From Eubacteriales bacterium (GTDB lineage: Bacteria > Bacillota > Clostridia > Oscillospirales > CAG-272), in the NCBI GenBank assembly GCA_045541375.1, contig JAZQJB010000108.1, positions 4,680-68,679 of the forward strand: 64,000 nucleotides of DNA. The letters run 5' to 3'. The notes under the pieces were generated by a model. The model did not search any database and had not been told where the DNA came from. It saw only the letters and a list, made by a program, of their open reading frames with translations. This document shows, in pieces, positions 29,505 to 38,791 of the stretch; within the stretch, counting starts at the first letter, position 1, and each line of letters starts with the position of its first letter. The position numbers were made by a program, and so were the translations under genes.

Positions 29505-29590
29505 ATCGTTATCCCCCAATCATACATTAATATAATTATAACCTATTTTTCGCTTCTTGTAAATACCTTTGATCAAAAAAGGAGTAAAAA

Positions 29591-30034
29591 ATGAATATCG
29601 GAAAGAAGGAATATTCAAAATTTGCCGATGCACACGCGCCGAAATCGCATCTTGCGGCGGATACAACACGCGCATTTTTGATCGGCGGGCTCATTTGCGC
29701 TGTAGCACAAGGACTCACAACACTTTGGAAAAGTCTCGGAATGGTCAAGGAAGACGCGGGACTTCTGACATCCGTAATCCTCGTCGCTGTGGCGGCGTTT
29801 CTGACTGCGATCGGTATTTTTGACAATATCGCAAAGGTTGCGGGTGCGGGCACGCTTGTGCCGATCACGGGTTTTGCAAATTCCGTGGTATCAGCCGCGA
29901 TAGATTCCAAAAACGAGGGCTTTGTTCTCGGGCTCGGATCGGGAATATTTACCGTTGCGGGTCCTGTGCTTCTATACGGCACCGCCGCGGGGACTATTTA
30001 CGGCGTTATTTATTGGATCTGCTCACTCTTTTGA
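29591..30034 (+). CDS. spoVAC: stage V sporulation protein AC
   Basis: 147 aa. KKEYSKFADAHAPKS...RAFLIGGLICAVAQGL and four hydrophobic helices match the SpoVAC pattern. Confidence 0.85.
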   Translation: MNIGKKEYSKFADAHAPKSHLAADTTRAFLIGGLICAVAQGLTTLWKSLGMVKEDAGLLTSVILVAVAAFLTAIGIFDNIAKVAGAGTLVPITGFANSVVSAAIDSKNEGFVLGLGSGIFTVAGPVLLYGTAAGTIYGVIYWICSLF

Positions 30035-30107
30035 AAAAATACTTGACAATCTCCCTAAAATGTTGTAATATTATTATATATTACAATATTAAAGGGGGAT
30101 CTCTTTT

Positions 30108-31400
30108 ATGGAAAATAAAATCAGAATAGGCGTTGTCGGAACGGGCAGAGGAAAGACCTTTATGAAGCCCGCATCTTGCACAGGACTAAAACTTGCTGCT
30201 GTTTGCGACCGCAGACCCGAGAAGCTTGAGGTCATCAAGTCTCAGTACGATACCGACGGCACTCTTATGACCTTTACGGATTACGACGAAATGCTCAAAT
30301 CGGATATCGACGCCGTCGTTCTTGCAAACTATTTCAACGAACACGCGGAGTTTGCCATCAAGGCTTTGCGCGCGGGTAAGCACGTTCTTTCCGAGTGCAC
30401 CGCTATGTCCACTCTCGCAGAGGGCGTTGCACTTTGCCGCGCGGTTGAAGAGACAGGCAAGATCTACATGATCGCGGAAAACTATCCCTTCACAAAGCAG
30501 CGTCTTGAGATCAAGCGCCTTTATGAATCGGGCGAGCTTGGTGAAATGCTTTACGGTGAGGCTGAATACTGCCACCCGATGTCGAACTCCACTACATATA
30601 AATATGCGCCCGGTGAATACCATTGGCGAAATCAGATCCCGTCGACCTATTACTGCACTCACGCCATCGCACAGATGATGTATATAACCGGCACTATGCC
30701 CGTTCGCGTCAACGGATTTGTTCCGCAGATCAAGGATCAGAGCTACCGCGAATATGAATTCCGTCAGCAGGATTCGGGCGGAGTTATCGTCTGCCAGATG
30801 GATAACGGAGCGGTCGTCCGCACACTTCAAGGTGCGTTCAGAACTCATTCGGGCATCGCACGTCTTTACGGTACGCACGGCGCAGCTGAGGTCGAAAGAT
30901 CGACGGGCAACGTTGTCGTTTACCACTCCGACGTAAGCCGAATGGATCAGCCCGCATACCGCTCATATGCCCCCGATTGGCCCGATTTCGGCGAGCTTGC
31001 ATCAGCTGCAGGTCACGGCGGCGGAGACTTCTGGGTACAGTATTACTTCGGCGAGGCTATCCGCAAGAACGAGCAGCCCTATCTCAACGTATACCGCGCT
31101 TGCGCAATGTCCTCGGTCGGAATCCTTGCTTGGAAGTCGGTTCTTTCGGGCGGTCAGCCCTTCGACGTTCCCAAGTGGGATGACGAGGAAGACCGCAAGA
31201 AGTATGAAAACGATACTTGGACTCCTTTCCTCAAGGAAGGCGATGACCCCGCAGACCATCCCCCTCGCGCAGTAGCTTGGAAGCCCCTTCCCGAAGCACT
31301 TGAAAAAGCAAGAGCGGCTTGGGAAGAGAATGATTACCTCGGTCTCGGCTGGTCGAAGAAGGATATTGATATGTCCTTTGATAAGGTAAAAATGAATTGA
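30108..31400 (+). CDS. Gfo/Idh/MocA family oxidoreductase (long form)
   Basis: N-terminal IRIGVVGTGRG Rossmann motif and a SECT motif region. 430 aa. Confidence 0.7.
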   Translation: MENKIRIGVVGTGRGKTFMKPASCTGLKLAAVCDRRPEKLEVIKSQYDTDGTLMTFTDYDEMLKSDIDAVVLANYFNEHAEFAIKALRAGKHVLSECTAMSTLAEGVALCRAVEETGKIYMIAENYPFTKQRLEIKRLYESGELGEMLYGEAEYCHPMSNSTTYKYAPGEYHWRNQIPSTYYCTHAIAQMMYITGTMPVRVNGFVPQIKDQSYREYEFRQQDSGGVIVCQMDNGAVVRTLQGAFRTHSGIARLYGTHGAAEVERSTGNVVVYHSDVSRMDQPAYRSYAPDWPDFGELASAAGHGGGDFWVQYYFGEAIRKNEQPYLNVYRACAMSSVGILAWKSVLSGGQPFDVPKWDDEEDRKKYENDTWTPFLKEGDDPADHPPRAVAWKPLPEALEKARAAWEENDYLGLGWSKKDIDMSFDKVKMN

Positions 31401-31405
31401 TCACG

Positions 31406-33178
31406 ATGAAAAAACGCGTATTATTACTTTTTATTGCTATATTTTGCGTTATTCTGTCATCCTGCAACGGCGGTGGTGCGGAAGAAACGACTGCACCGAT
31501 TCCCGACACTACAGCAGAACCTGTTGAAGAGGGAACAGTCCTTTTTGCTCCCGGGGTATGTGAATATCGCATAGTTTACCCCTCGGATGATACCGATGAC
31601 GAATTCAACGCCGCGCGTAAGCTGCAGGACTTTATCGAAGAGAAGTGCGGAGTCAAGCCCGAGATCGTGAGATCGAAGAACGCGGGCGGCGAAAATGCTG
31701 ATCCCGCACTCAAAGAGATCCTTCTCAGCTTTGTTGATTTTGATGAATTGGACGTTGCTATTTCCTCGATCCCTTACGGCGCGGGCGTGGCTTGCACTGT
31801 CGGCAACAAGATAGTCATCACGGGACACGAGCGCGAAGGCTTCAAGGATGCTTTTGCAAAATTTGCGGAATGGATTGAAGAAAAGACCGAAGAGGGCAAA
31901 CTTGTTCTTCCGGTTGATTTTCGGCTTACGAGCGAAAGCAGCAGCAAGAGTTATTACGAATTCAAAGACGTCCCCGGATATCCCGGCGGGATGATCGAGG
32001 ATTTTTCTTCCCTCGGCGACAAGTATTATCAAGTAACGATCTATGATACCAATGCGGAGATGTACGAGTCATACGAAAAAGTTCTTTCGGGTGATGGCTA
32101 TTCGCTTTACAGCGAAAACGAGATCGCGGGCAATTTCTATTCCACTTACACTAAGGAAGACGAAATGCTTTACTATTACTATTGCCCGAATTCGGGCGAG
32201 ACCCGCGTGATAATCGCCGGGGATGTTCTTCTTCCTTCACTTGATGAGATTGAGTACAAAAAGGTCTGTGAGCCCGCATTCATCGTGCTCTCGACTTATG
32301 ACGACTCGGGCAAGGTCTCGGGCGATGCGCAGGGCTGTATCATCCGCTTCGAGGACGGCACGTTTATGGTCTACGACGGCGGAAACAAGAACAGCCATCA
32401 GGCGATTCATATCTATGATACTCTCGTAAAATACGCTCCCGATCCGCAGAATATCACCATCCGCGCGTGGGTCTTCTCGCATTTCCACGGCGATCATACG
32501 GGCGCGTTTCAGAGCTACGTTGCAAGATACAAGAATTCGAAAACGGTAAAGATCGAATCCTTCATCTATAATTTCTGCAACACGACAAAGCAGACCCAGT
32601 GCATCAGCCCGGGTCAGATGACGAATACCGAAAACGCGATAAAGAACCTTGGTGGCAATATCCCGGTTTATAAATGCCTGACGGGGCAGATATACCGCTT
32701 CCCGGGTATGGATCTTGAGATCCTTGCATCAATGTCGGATTTCATTCCCCTCGTTATCGGCTTTGAGCGCTCCGATGCGGAAAAAGACGCGGGCGACGGA
32801 AACTCGATGAGCACGGTCGTAAGACTCATCACTCCCGAGGGCAACACCTGTATGCTTACGGGCGACTCGACTAACATTGTTCTCGATGATATGGTCGACC
32901 GCTACGGCGCGGATTATCTCGATTCGGACATCGTAACGACACCTCACCACGCCCACAACCGCGACAGCTATCGCGCGAGAAATGCGACGATAAAGTTCTA
33001 TGACGCCGTCAAGCCCGAGATCCTTGTCGTTACGTCCTCGAATATGAGTAAGTTTACCCCCACGAGTAAGTACCCTTATGAGGTCAACGTGCACGTCATC
33101 AATACCTATAATCCAGAAATATATCTGATGAACGCCGTGCGGCTTATCAGCTTGTCCACATTAAAAGAAATCAAATAA
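31406..33178 (+). CDS. lipoprotein with shared N-terminal module and a C-terminal metallo-beta-lactamase fold domain
   Basis: ATG 31406, lipobox LSSC. MBL motif HFHGDHTG and downstream TPHHAH. Confidence 0.65.
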   Translation: MKKRVLLLFIAIFCVILSSCNGGGAEETTAPIPDTTAEPVEEGTVLFAPGVCEYRIVYPSDDTDDEFNAARKLQDFIEEKCGVKPEIVRSKNAGGENADPALKEILLSFVDFDELDVAISSIPYGAGVACTVGNKIVITGHEREGFKDAFAKFAEWIEEKTEEGKLVLPVDFRLTSESSSKSYYEFKDVPGYPGGMIEDFSSLGDKYYQVTIYDTNAEMYESYEKVLSGDGYSLYSENEIAGNFYSTYTKEDEMLYYYYCPNSGETRVIIAGDVLLPSLDEIEYKKVCEPAFIVLSTYDDSGKVSGDAQGCIIRFEDGTFMVYDGGNKNSHQAIHIYDTLVKYAPDPQNITIRAWVFSHFHGDHTGAFQSYVARYKNSKTVKIESFIYNFCNTTKQTQCISPGQMTNTENAIKNLGGNIPVYKCLTGQIYRFPGMDLEILASMSDFIPLVIGFERSDAEKDAGDGNSMSTVVRLITPEGNTCMLTGDSTNIVLDDMVDRYGADYLDSDIVTTPHHAHNRDSYRARNATIKFYDAVKPEILVVTSSNMSKFTPTSKYPYEVNVHVINTYNPEIYLMNAVRLISLSTLKEIK

Positions 33179-33191
33179 GGAGTATTGAGAT

Positions 33192-35132
33192 ATGGTAAAT
33201 ATGTCCTATATCCCGATGATACTTAAATATACCTCTCCCGAGGCGGTGCCGCTTTCCTTTAAGCTTGGCAGACGCAAGATCTGCGGTATCCCCGAAGAGT
33301 TTTCGCCCAAGGTCAGCCGTGAATTTGTTGATTCTAACATTCTGAAGATCACGGTCGAGGGCAAAAACAGATCGGGGCTGACGATTCGCGCCGACTACAC
33401 CGAATACCGTGATTTCCCCGTGACCGAGTGGAGAGTTACTATCACCAACAACGGCAAAAAGGATACTCCCATAATCTCCGAGCTCCGCATCGGCGGCGAG
33501 ATCGCCTGCGGAAAGAGCACGCTCAAATACGGAAACGGCGACACCTGCAAGCGTGACGGTTACAGTTTCTTTGAAAAGGAGATCGACGAAAAGATCTCGC
33601 TTACTCCTTGTTCGGGCACGTCCTGTCAGGGCGCATTCCCCTATATGACGGTGCGCGGCGAGGGCGTCGAGCTTCGCGCCGCTATAGGATTCCCGTCCAA
33701 GTGGATAGCCGAGATAGCACCCACGGAGAGGGGCATATCCTTCCTCTGTGGCCAGGACAGATGCCACACAAGACTTTCTTCGGGTGAATCCTTCACCTCG
33801 CCGAGACTGACCCTGATGACTTACGGCGCGGGCAGTGAGTACAGAGGAATCAATATCTGGAGAAGATTCTATTTTGCTCATATCCTTCCCAAAGATAACG
33901 GCGCGCCGATGCCGCCCAAGCTCTGTCTGCACAATTTCCGTGCAGAGGGTAAACCCGAATTTACGGGCGCGACCGAGGAGAATCAGATCGGTGCGATCAA
34001 CGAATATCTCCGAAAAGGTATGAAACCCGATGTTTGGTGGATCGACGCGGGCTGGTATCCCTGCGACTACAATTGGCCCCGCATCGGAACATGGAAGGTC
34101 GATGAAGCAAGATTCCCGCGCGGACTTGCCCCGATAGGCGAGGCTTGCAAGGAAAATGACATCGATTTCCTTCTTTGGTTCGAGCCCGAGCGTGTCCGCA
34201 AGGGTGAGGAGATCGACCGCGAGCATCCCGAGTGGCTTCTTTCGGTCGGCGAGAGTGATAACAAGCTCTTCGATCTCGGCAACCCCGAGGCAAGAGCGTG
34301 GATCACCGACCGCGTGGATTCGATAATCAAGGCATCGGGCGTGAAGATCTACCGCCAGGATTTCAATTTCGATCCGCTTTCGATATGGAAGGCAAACGAG
34401 GCACCCGACCGCGTCGGCTTCCTTGAAAACCGCCACTCGATGGGTTACCTCGCATATTGGGATGAACTCGTTATCCGCAATCCCGGCCTCATCATCGACT
34501 CCTGCGCTTCGGGCGGACGCCGCAACGATCTCGAAACAATGCGCCGCGCGATCACGCTTCACTATACCGACGTCGGCTACGGCGACCACCCCATCAAGCA
34601 AAAGCAACACCGCGAGATGTTTGAGTGGATCCCATATTTCCGCGCACACAATATGAACTGGTTCGACCCCGAAACCGGCAAGTACGACGGCAAGGAGCGC
34701 GAGCCTGATAAGTTTGCTTATTACAACGCATTTGCGCCGTCTATGACGGATATGGTGCGCTATGACGTCGATGATGCGACTGCGCTCAAACTACGCGCTT
34801 TGCAGGAGCTTTGGCGTAAGGTCGCAGAGGTTGAGCTTGAAGGCGATTATTATCCGATCACCGAATGCAACGGTTCAACCGAAGATTGGTACGCAATGCA
34901 GTTTGATGACACCGAAAAACGCCACGGATTCGTACAGATAGTGCGAAATGTGGATGCAGAAGAGGATACGTTCCTCTTGAAGCTACCGTATATCGCCGAT
35001 AACTGTCCTACTTATCACGTTTACGACAGCGATAACGGTACAATGACTGATTATTGCCCCGATGACCTTAAAAAGGGTATAGAGATCAAACTTGATAAGC
35101 ACGAATCTAAGATACTTTTATATATGTATTAA
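33192..35132 (+). CDS. GH36-like alpha-galactosidase family glycoside hydrolase
   Basis: 646 aa. WWIDAGWY, LWFEPERV, YRQDFN and CASGGRRNDLE blocks resemble the clan GH-D/GH36 catalytic barrel. Confidence 0.6.
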   Translation: MVNMSYIPMILKYTSPEAVPLSFKLGRRKICGIPEEFSPKVSREFVDSNILKITVEGKNRSGLTIRADYTEYRDFPVTEWRVTITNNGKKDTPIISELRIGGEIACGKSTLKYGNGDTCKRDGYSFFEKEIDEKISLTPCSGTSCQGAFPYMTVRGEGVELRAAIGFPSKWIAEIAPTERGISFLCGQDRCHTRLSSGESFTSPRLTLMTYGAGSEYRGINIWRRFYFAHILPKDNGAPMPPKLCLHNFRAEGKPEFTGATEENQIGAINEYLRKGMKPDVWWIDAGWYPCDYNWPRIGTWKVDEARFPRGLAPIGEACKENDIDFLLWFEPERVRKGEEIDREHPEWLLSVGESDNKLFDLGNPEARAWITDRVDSIIKASGVKIYRQDFNFDPLSIWKANEAPDRVGFLENRHSMGYLAYWDELVIRNPGLIIDSCASGGRRNDLETMRRAITLHYTDVGYGDHPIKQKQHREMFEWIPYFRAHNMNWFDPETGKYDGKEREPDKFAYYNAFAPSMTDMVRYDVDDATALKLRALQELWRKVAEVELEGDYYPITECNGSTEDWYAMQFDDTEKRHGFVQIVRNVDAEEDTFLLKLPYIADNCPTYHVYDSDNGTMTDYCPDDLKKGIEIKLDKHESKILLYMY

Positions 35133-35136
35133 TCAC

Positions 35137-35164
35137 AAAGCCGACCGCAATGCGGTCGGCTTTG
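35137..35164. terminator. bidirectional rho-independent terminator
   Basis: AAAGCCGACCGCA-a-TGCGGTCGGCTTT between convergent genes. Confidence 0.75.
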
Positions 35165-35168
35165 ATCG

Positions 35169-35828
35169 TTACATACAATATCCAATTATGCTGATATACT
35201 GCAACACACTTCCGATCAGCACGAACACGTGGAACACCGAGTGCATATATCTGCATTTCTTTCCGAGTCCGTAAATAACCGCACCGATGGTGTAGGCGAT
35301 TCCGCCCGCGAGCATGAATCCGAATCCCGCCCCGCCCATTCCCGCAATAGCGGCGGAGAAGTCGATCGCGATGCACCAGCCCATTCCGATGTAGAATACC
35401 ATTGATACCTTGCTGAATTTTTCCATATCCACGGCGGTCAGGATCACAGCGGGGACGAGAAGTGTCCACACAAGCACGAACACGACCCAAGCCATGTTCT
35501 GATCGGCGTTGTAAACTCCAATCAATGCGGCGGGGGTATATGTTCCTGCAATGAGAAGGTATATCGTGCAATGGTCAAGAATCTGCATCACGCGCTTTCC
35601 GACACAAGGCGCGAGCGCGTGATAGACGCAAGAGACGGAGTAGAGAAGTATCAGCGCCGCGCCGTATATCGCGCAAGAGAAGATCTCGCGTGCGCCCTCC
35701 GCCTTCATAAGCGTTGTGATCAGTACGAATATTCCAAACAAAGCTCCGAGCCCGTGGGTGATCGAATTACAAAGCTCTTCGCCGAGTGTGTATTTGGGGA
35801 GTAATTTTTTTGCTTCTGCGTTGCTCAT
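35169..35828 (-). CDS. hemolysin III / PAQR family membrane protein
   Basis: 219 aa, seven hydrophobic helices. Conserved N..THG near the N-terminus, HALA..., and a C-terminal HVFVLIGS motif typical of YplQ/HlyIII. Confidence 0.8.
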   Translation of the reverse strand: MSNAEAKKLLPKYTLGEELCNSITHGLGALFGIFVLITTLMKAEGAREIFSCAIYGAALILLYSVSCVYHALAPCVGKRVMQILDHCTIYLLIAGTYTPAALIGVYNADQNMAWVVFVLVWTLLVPAVILTAVDMEKFSKVSMVFYIGMGWCIAIDFSAAIAGMGGAGFGFMLAGGIAYTIGAVIYGLGKKCRYMHSVFHVFVLIGSVLQYISIIGYCM

Positions 35829-35913
35829 GGTTTACCTCTTGGTTTGTGCTGCCATTATTATATTCCAAAAGTACGGTAGAAGCAACCTACCCCTCAAAAA
35901 ACAAGGTAGAATC

Positions 35914-35949
35914 AAAAAATACCCCACTCTACTGCCAGTAGAGTGGGGT
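35914..35949 (-). terminator. rho-independent terminator (minus strand)
   Basis: ACCCCACTCTAC-tgcc-AGTAGAGTGGGGT stem, followed on the minus strand by a T-run. Confidence 0.7.
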
Positions 35950-36009
35950 AAACTCGGGGTTTATCTTTGAACTAAACGGCAAAAAAGTATGATTAAAGCC
36001 GTTATTTCG

Positions 36010-36174
36010 TTAATTTGCAGTGTTGCGCTCGAAAACTACGATTATTCTGTCCTTGTCCCAGGTCATATCTGTGTTTGCTGTCACAGACACCACTCGCCAA
36101 CCTTCCTTGGCAAGCTTGTTCATCTCGTTTTCGGCATCTCTGAACTTGATGTTCTCAACTTTGTATTCGTACAT
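36010..36174 (-). CDS. small DUF4177-like protein (54 aa), absent from the ORF track
   Basis: Manual translation of the minus strand gives MYEYKVENIKFRDAENEMNKLAKEGWRVVSVTANTDMTWDKDRIIVVFERNTAN. It starts 3 nt after the pepP-like stop and is followed by a terminator. The pattern (YEYK...GW.VVSV) recalls DUF4177. Confidence 0.5.
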   Translation of the reverse strand: MYEYKVENIKFRDAENEMNKLAKEGWRVVSVTANTDMTWDKDRIIVVFERNTAN

Positions 36175-36176
36175 TA

Positions 36177-37259
36177 TTAGCAGATCTCAATGAGTTCCTT
36201 GGGCGAATGTGTGAAATTGAGAATTCCGTCCTCAAGAACGGCAACCATGTCCTCGATTCTGCATCCGTACTTGCCCTCGATGTAGATTCCGGGCTCGAAA
36301 GTGACGATGTGACCGGGCGTGAGCTTGCGGTCAGCGGGCATAACTCTCTGCGAAAGTCCGGGAGCCTCGTGGATATACATTCCGACTCCGTGACCGAGCG
36401 AGTGACCGAACGTGCCGGCATAACCCGCGTTGTCAATAATGTCGCGCGCGATCTTGTCCATCTCGCGGCAGAGCGCACCGGGCTTAGCTGCTGCAAGCGC
36501 CGCAAGCTGTGCCTCAAGAACGGTGTTGTAAAGGCGCTTCATCTCGTCATCAGCCTTGCCGATGACGATGGTACGGGTCATATCCGAGCAGTAGCCATCG
36601 ATCTTTGCTCCGTAGTCCATGGTGAGGAAGCCCTTCTCGAGCTGAACGTTTCTCGGCTCGCCGTGGGGCAGAGAGGAAGCCTTGCCCGATACCGCAATGG
36701 TATCAAAAGCGGTGGATTCGGCACCGTGCGCACGCATAAAGAATTCGAGCTCAAGAGCAACGTCGATCTCGGTCATATCGGGACGGATGAATTCCACGAT
36801 GTGAGCGAATGCCGCGTCTGCGATGTCCTGTGCCTTTGCGGTGGAAGCGATCTCCTCGGCATCCTTGAACTCGCGAAGACCGTCGATGATGGCGGAAGCT
36901 CCGCCTTTTACCTCACAGCCCTCAAGAGCCGTCTTAAATGCTTCGTAACCCGAAAGGGAGATCTTTGCCTCTTCAACAGCAACGACCTTGCCGCCGCAAT
37001 CCTTGACGATCTCCGCAACAACTGCGGACTGACGCTTGTCGGGTGTCATGATCTCAAATATACCTGCCGCCTTCGAAGCCTTTGCCGCCTCGATGTAGCG
37101 GAAGTCGGTGATAAGAACGGCGCGGCTCGCGGTCACGAGAACAAGACCGTCCTGAAAATTGAAGCCCGTGATGTATCTCTGGTTTACCTCGGACGTGATG
37201 ATAACGGCGTCAAAGCCTTTTTCCGCCATAGCGGCGCGAAGTTTCTGAAGTTTAGACAT
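36177..37259 (-). CDS. M24 family Xaa-Pro aminopeptidase
   Basis: Creatinase/prolidase N-domain plus the M24 metal-ligand blocks DYGAKIDGYCSDMTRT, HSLGHGVG and EPG..IE. Confidence 0.85.
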   Translation of the reverse strand: MSKLQKLRAAMAEKGFDAVIITSEVNQRYITGFNFQDGLVLVTASRAVLITDFRYIEAAKASKAAGIFEIMTPDKRQSAVVAEIVKDCGGKVVAVEEAKISLSGYEAFKTALEGCEVKGGASAIIDGLREFKDAEEIASTAKAQDIADAAFAHIVEFIRPDMTEIDVALELEFFMRAHGAESTAFDTIAVSGKASSLPHGEPRNVQLEKGFLTMDYGAKIDGYCSDMTRTIVIGKADDEMKRLYNTVLEAQLAALAAAKPGALCREMDKIARDIIDNAGYAGTFGHSLGHGVGMYIHEAPGLSQRVMPADRKLTPGHIVTFEPGIYIEGKYGCRIEDMVAVLEDGILNFTHSPKELIEIC

Positions 37260-37283
37260 TTTCTTTTTCCTTCCGTATATAAG

Positions 37284-38132
37284 TTAAATTAAATTTTTCA
37301 ACGTGTTCTTCATCGCAAGAGCATCCTCCGCCTGCGTTCCCGCAGATTCGCAGATGATTCGGGGCGAAAGCCCATCTTTTGCAATGACCTCTGCAAGCGG
37401 AGCGAAATCGGGGCCGTAAACGCTGTCCTCGAATGTCAGATGACGCTTCTCGCCGGCAGACGTGTATTCGATCTTCGAAAAATGGCAATGCAGATCCTTT
37501 GCGTAGGAATCGCCAAGCGCTTCGCCGATCGAGTGAAATACCCGGCGGTAAGCATCGGTATCGGGGAAAAGACCGCCGACATTACGGGCGTTGAGATGTC
37601 CCCAGTCAACGACGGGGCAGAATATCGGATCGATCTTGCAAAGCGCAATGACTTCCTCAAGCGTGCCGAGCTGATTGATCTTGCCCATAGTTTCAAGACC
37701 GAGCTTTATCGGCTGATCGCCAATTTCTTCGAGAGTCTTGTAAAGTGTATCCGCGGCAAGCCCGAGTGCTTCCTCGCGCGAGATCTTCGCCGCACTTCCC
37801 GTGTGGATGACGATTATATCCGCGCCCAAAAGTGAAGCGGCGTGGAGCGAGTCCTTGATATAGGTAATGCTTTTGAGCCTTTTTTCGGGGTCAATGCCCG
37901 AAAGAGAGATGAAATATGGCGTGTGGAGCGACATCGCGATGCCGTGTTCTTTGGCTTGGTTGCCGATGGCGGTCAGCGTCGCATCCGAAACGCGCAGACC
38001 GTTGCCTGCTTGGAATTCATAGGCATCAAGACCTATTTCTTTAAGCCACGCGGGAGCTTCGACGGTTGCCTTCCTGCCCGAGGCGTAAAAGGTATCGCAG
38101 TTGCCCGCGGGTCCGAATTTTGCAGTTATCAT
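37284..38132 (-). CDS. nfo: endonuclease IV family AP endonuclease (TIM barrel)
   Basis: HTPYFISL, LETMG, VDWGHLNA, HCHFSKIE and ICES correspond to the Nfo metal-binding blocks. Confidence 0.65.
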   Translation of the reverse strand: MITAKFGPAGNCDTFYASGRKATVEAPAWLKEIGLDAYEFQAGNGLRVSDATLTAIGNQAKEHGIAMSLHTPYFISLSGIDPEKRLKSITYIKDSLHAASLLGADIIVIHTGSAAKISREEALGLAADTLYKTLEEIGDQPIKLGLETMGKINQLGTLEEVIALCKIDPIFCPVVDWGHLNARNVGGLFPDTDAYRRVFHSIGEALGDSYAKDLHCHFSKIEYTSAGEKRHLTFEDSVYGPDFAPLAEVIAKDGLSPRIICESAGTQAEDALAMKNTLKNLI

Positions 38133-38656
38133 TTGTCGTCCTCCTTGTGGAGCTTGCGATAGCGTCGCAGTATCGGCTTTTCCATCAACCGTTTGAAGCG
38201 GAAAAAGAGCGTCAGCTTGTCCTTGATCGGCGGGACGAGCAGAGCGATCTTTATGCCGAGATTACGTGCGGAGAGCACGTCGGTGAAGATCTGATCGCCT
38301 AAAAATGCGCTGTCCTCTGCAGTAGCACCGACACTTTTCATGATCTCGCCAAGCCGTTTCTTGCCCGGCTTCTTGCAATCGGCATAAGCGGCAATCCCAA
38401 GCGTGCGGTTGAAAAGCTCAATGCGATCACCGTGGTTGTTGGACACAAGAACGACCGTGATCCCCGCCTCCTTCAACGAATCAAGCCACGAGCGGATGCG
38501 CTCATCGGGCTCAGGAACCTCGTATGGTGCCAAAGTATTGTCCACGTCGCTGAACAGAAATCGCACACCGAGTGACGAAAGATATTCGGGAGTTATGTCA
38601 TCAAATTTATCAAAAATTCTGTAAGGCAATAATTTTGAGAGCATTTTAGTCCTCAT
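38129..38656 (-). CDS. yqeG: YqeG family HAD-IIIA phosphatase
   Basis: 175 aa. DVDNTL catalytic motif, VSNN and GDQIFTD motifs. 4-nt overlap with the downstream gene. Confidence 0.8.
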   Translation of the reverse strand: MRTKMLSKLLPYRIFDKFDDITPEYLSSLGVRFLFSDVDNTLAPYEVPEPDERIRSWLDSLKEAGITVVLVSNNHGDRIELFNRTLGIAAYADCKKPGKKRLGEIMKSVGATAEDSAFLGDQIFTDVLSARNLGIKIALLVPPIKDKLTLFFRFKRLMEKPILRRYRKLHKEDDK

Positions 38657-38791
38657 TAAAGTAATATTTATTATATTTTATCATAAAAAAGTATTTTTAG
38701 CAAGAGAAATGGAGATTTTTTTGAAAATGTGATGACATTTTATCGTTAATATGATATAATTAAGTTAATAAGAGCTTGAAGGAGAACTGTG

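Noticed and set aside
29521-29590. Possible sigma-G/F promoter upstream of spoVAC (CATACATTA-like element).
   Set aside because: I could not find a properly spaced -35/-10 pair, so the match is too loose to report.
33171-34649. 492-aa ORF on the minus strand inside the GH36-like gene. Similar long antisense ORFs occur at 19858-20937, 44534-45598, 45755-46822, 36207-37292, 55615-56835, 15267-15980, 13732-14619, 30186-30926 and 4374-5171.
   Set aside because: These are shadow ORFs opposite genes with clear family motifs. They have no RBS and their composition is skewed (Arg/Gly/His/Asp/Val-rich, low complexity). They appear because codon position 3 is GC-rich on the real strand.
35989-36180. 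63-aa + strand ORF from the track.
   Set aside because: It has no RBS and a hydrophobic, Cys-rich, odd composition. The opposite strand encodes a better-supported small protein in operon context.
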